This document shows, piece after piece, positions 59,834 to 64,000 of a stretch of DNA of 64,000 bases (positions are counted from its first letter, which is position 1; the number at the start of each line of letters is the position of its first letter). The position numbers were made by a program, and so were the translations under genes. The stretch lies in the NCBI RefSeq assembly GCF_009914755.1, contig NC_060926.1; one strand, 5' to 3'. The notes beneath the pieces are model-generated. The model ran no database searches, was not told where the DNA came from, and saw only the letters and a list, made by a program, of their open reading frames with translations. This DNA comes from the human T2T-CHM13v2.0 reference genome, Homo sapiens.

Positions 59834-60738
59834 CTGCAACATAGCTTTATCAGTTGCTTTTTCTAACTGGACTTTGGGTGTGGTGTTATTTTGCTTATAT
59901 CAAGGGACATCCTTGATGCTACTCTAGCTGTCCTGACACCGGTGGTCTGCAGAGTCCTTTGGCGCTTAATGTGTTTATCTGACTTTGCTCCCTCTCTGGT
60001 TGTGTGTGTGTCCTTCTCCTGCCACTCCACTGTAAGCTCCTGGGCCAGGCCCCATGTCTCCTCAGCTGATGGTGTCCTTATAATTTCTTAGCCAGGGCTG
60101 AGCACCTTGTAGATGCTCAGTGTTTTCTGATTTGTTGATTTGTTTATGAGCAGGGAAATGTTTGGGTCCGTGCCAAATTGTAATGGGATAGTAATTAGCT
60201 TCTGGAAGAGATTCTGATTGTCTCAAGCCCACCAGTCCCTGGGAAGTCTTTGTGGCTTGAGTAGCTGGGTGAATGGTGGGGCTTTGATTAAAAATGAGAG
60301 ACTGGAGGAAGAACAGGCTTGGTGATGGAGGAAGAGACAATAAAATTTTTTGGTTTAGAAATATGTGAATTTGAGATCACTGTTAGCTGTCCTAGGGGAA
60401 AGGTCAAGTGGGCTATTGATATATGAGCCAAAAGCTTAGAAGACTGGCTTGAGCTGGAGAAAGGAATTGGGACTCTGTAGTTGGAAGGCAATTTGCTTTT
60501 CAATATTCATTTTCCCATTTTCTTACTAATAAGAATTCCACTCAGATAATAGTTTGCATCCCTCAGGCTCTCTTGCAGCTAGGTGTGGCTGTGTTTTGGC
60601 AAATGAAACATAATCACAGGGAATACTCCTGGAAACAGAGCTGGCTCCCTGTGTTTCCCCTTCCTCCATCCTGATGTTTGGAATGTGGCTGTGATGAGCG
60701 GTGCTCTGTCAATATTCTTGTATCAGGAGGATGCGGGC

Positions 60739-61259
60739 TGTAGGGGAGAAAAAGTAATAGCTCATCTTCACCTATTGCAAGGGTCATGGCTGACATCCCT
60801 GTAACAAAAGACAGATTAATAAGAGAAAAGCATAACAAATTTATTTAACTAAAGTTTTAAGTGACATAGGAATCTTCAGGAATGAGGACTCAAAGACCCA
60901 GGGAAAACTGGGTAATTTTATGATAAGTCTGATGAAAGAAATGTATAGTTATGGAGAAACATGATTGGACAGAAAAAGGAATAACCTAATGGTAATAAAC
61001 TGGGTAAACTTCAGCAAGGCCTGTTTGTTTAGACCTTTCCTGTGTCTTTGTATGACATTATTTGCCTCTGGATGTTGGGCAAAACCCCTCTAGAATAAGG
61101 GGAGGTATGCCCTACTTTTAGGGGAGGTACTTCAGAGAATTTCTTTATAACTATACTTCAGGGGAGAAAGGCTGGAGAAGGGCAGAGTGACCTTGCTTCT
61201 GCGCTTTTCTCAATTGCCAATGTGCCATATTTTGGGGTATTGAGTTCTGAGCCTCTGCA
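60739..61259 (-). mobile_element. ERV1 solo LTR (MER34/MER39-group-like)
   Basis: TG...CA termini; reverse complement starts tgcagaggctcagaactcaataccccaaaatatgg; TSD gggc at 60735 and 61260. Confidence 0.8.
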
Positions 61260-61376
61260 GGGCCATTTCTTAGAGATGGTGAAGGTGGATAACTGAGAAA
61301 ATCTATCTACTTGATGATTGTGTTACCTCTATACTCGGCTCAGATACTTATACCTGGACTTCTTTCATATGGGAGA

Positions 61377-61750
61377 TGCTTTAGTCTGTCCTCATGCTCC
61401 TAATAAAGACATATTTGAGACCAGGTAATTTATAGAGGAAAGAGGTTTAATTGATTTATAGTTCAGCACGACTGGGGAGGCCTTAAGAAACTTACAATTA
61501 CGATGGAAGGGGAAGCAAACACGTCCTTCTTCACATGGCGGCAGCAAGGAGAAATGCCGAGCAAAAGGGGGTAAAGCCCCTCATAAAACTGCTAGATCTC
61601 ATGAGAACTCACTATATCACAAGAAGAGCAGCATAGGGGTAACTGCCCCCATGATTCAATTACCTCGACTGGGCCCCTCCCACAATACCTAGGGATTATG
61701 GGAACTACAATTCAAGATGAGATTTGGTGGGGCACAGCCAAACCATATCA
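61377..61750 (-). mobile_element. THE1 (THE1C-like) solo LTR
   Basis: Reverse complement starts tgatatggtttggctgtg; 5-bp TSD ggaga at 61372 and 61751. Confidence 0.93.
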
Positions 61751-61779
61751 GGAGAAAAGTAAACTTTTATATTTATATT

Positions 61780-62995
61780 TTATTTTAAATTTTATTTTCA
61801 AAATAACTTACTACTATTCTGTTCTCCACCAGTATAGGTTTGTCATTTTGAGAATGTAATAGAAATGGAATCATATACTATATAACTTTTGAGACCGGCT
61901 GCTTTCACTCAGCAAAATTAACATTTAACATTCATACATGTTGCTGTGTCAATCAATAGCTTGCTCCTTTCATTCCTGAGTAGTATTCCATTGCAGGGAT
62001 GTACAACAGTTTGTTTTTCCATTCAAATGTTGAAGGACATTTGAATTGTTTACAGTTTTTGGCAATTATAAATAGAGCTACTAGAGACATTCAAAGACTT
62101 TTGCCTGAATTTGCATTTTTATTTCTCTAGGGTAAGTACCCAGGAATGGGACTGTTGGTTCACATGGTAAGTGTATGTTTAACTTTATAAGAAACTGTGA
62201 AACTGTTTTCCAGAGTGCCTGTATCATTTTACACCCCAACTGGCAATGAATGAGAGAACCATTTGCTTTGCCTCCTCATCGGTTTTGATATTGTCAGAAT
62301 TTTGCATTTTATCCATTCTAGTGGGTATGTATGTTACCTCATCGTGGTTTTAATTTGCATTTCCCTTGTGGCTAATAATGAAGATTATCTTTTCATGTGC
62401 TTATTTGCCATCCATATATCTTTAGTGAAATGTCTGTTTAGCTCTTTTGCGCATTTTAAAATTAGATTGTTTTCTTACTTTGAGTTTTGAGAATTTTTTA
62501 TATAGTCTAAATACAAATCATTTGTTAGATACATGATTTAAAAATATTTTCTCCCAGTCTATTACTTGCCTTTCATTTTTGTAATAGTTTCTGTCACAGA
62601 GCAAAACTTTTGTGTGTTTTTTTGTTGTTATTATTTTATTTTATTTCATTTTTTTGAGATAGGTGTCTCTCTGTTTCCCACCCTGGAGTACAGTGGCACG
62701 ATCTTGGCTCACTGCAACCTCTGCCTCCAAGGTTCAAGCGGTTCTTGTGCCTCAGCTGCCCAAGTAGCTGGGACTACAAGCATGCACCACCACACCTGGC
62801 TAATTTTTGTATTTTTAGTAGAGGCAGGGTTTCACCCTGTTGGCCAGGCTGGTCTTGAACTCCTGGCCTCAAGTGATCCACCCACCTCGCCTTTGGGATT
62901 ACAGGCGTGAGCCACCACACCTGGCTTGCAGAGCAAAAGTTTTTATCTTTGATGAAGTCCAATTTGTCAATTTTTATTTTATGGATCATCCTTTT
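61780..62995 (-). mobile_element. Old L1M 3' segment with an Alu insert at 62628-62926
   Basis: Antisense L1M text (aatggaatcatatac, gtggttttaatttgcatttccc, ttgatgaagtccaattt). Confidence 0.85.
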
Positions 62996-63674
62996 GATTT
63001 TAATGTCTATTGTTTTACTGTTTATAGTTCCCCTGAGCAGATTAATGTCTATTTTTTTCAGGTGCTATTTTTCAGGTCTTTGTGACTCAGAGAAAATCTA
63101 ATTTTGATTAGACATGGTACCAGCACAGATACAGTATTCGGAGAAATAGAATGAAGTGAGATTGTGACTCACTCAGTTTGGGAAATGGGAAAACCTCAAC
63201 TGTGGCTTGTGTCTGTAGGTTGCATCTTTTCACCTTGAGGTTTTCAAATGAGGTTTTCCCATTTCCCAAACTGGTATACTTTCTACCTGCTATTCATTGC
63301 TCTGTCAGAGAACATCAGCATCAGAAACCCAAAGAGGTGCTAGCAACCTGCACTAGATGAAATGTTCCAGGCTTGATGTTTGCTTTTACATTATCATGCG
63401 ACAAAAGTTTATTGAGCACCTATTATATGTTAGGTACACCTATACATGTAATGTATTATGCCATGCTGTATAAGGCATCAAAGTCTTTTACATTCTAGAG
63501 TATAGTCAGTAAACAAATAAATATTATAGCATGTCCAAGAGTGGTAAGTTTGATTAAGATGGTGACTTTGGGTGATGTGACCACACTTCTCTGGACTGAG
63601 TGGTTCAGAGATGGCCTCTCAGCAGGTTTTTTTTTCTCCTTACAGCACTGTCACCTCCTCCAAGTCCCACACTC

Positions 63675-63845
63675 AGGACTGGCTTTATAAAAGTAAACCA
63701 GTAAACCAGTGATGTCCCAGGGCCCTAAGCTCACAAAGGCCTTGTCCTTGGAGAAGAGAACCGTATTTTCCTTAATGCTTTCTTGTTACTGTCTTGAAGT
63801 TCTTTCTTTTTGAACAAGGGGCCCCACATTTTCATTTTGTGGCAA
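63675..63845 (+). mobile_element. MER91A-like hAT-Tip100 relic
   Basis: caggactggcttt...cagggccc...tttgaacaaggggccccacattttcattttg. Confidence 0.7.
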
Positions 63846-64000
63846 AGTAGGGAGCATGTCTTGCCTAGACACTTGTCCAGACAGAAAAACAAACAAAACC
63901 AGCAACATCTTTATATACCTTTGTCTATCTTGGTGAACAAATTGTGCCACTTATATTGATTCCACAAAAAATAGATGCTTAAGATGCATCCCCCTCTTCA

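Overview
This is non-coding primate DNA, almost certainly human: it carries an AluYa5 with all five diagnostic bases. It is rich in Alu, MaLR/ERV1 LTR, L1, L2, MIR and CR1 relics. I found no intact protein-coding gene, and most ORFs in the supplied track are Alu or simple-repeat artefacts. The main find is a full-length, intronless, very diverged MIA2/cTAGE5 (CTAGE-family) retrocopy on the minus strand at about 21.24-24.64 kb. It is split by three Alus and appears to derive from an exon-skipped isoform. Other points: a young AluYa5 inserted tail-to-tail against an older AluS with almost no spacer; a 96-bp non-repeat segment duplicated 1.8 kb away into an L2 relic; several templated inverted micro-duplications, including a perfect 27-bp hairpin; a candidate spliced transcript at 17.8-18.7 kb; a nested LTR stack; and several repeat-free enhancer-like blocks. 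Repeat-family and protein assignments come from remembered consensus sequences, not database searches. I could not identify the chromosomal locus.
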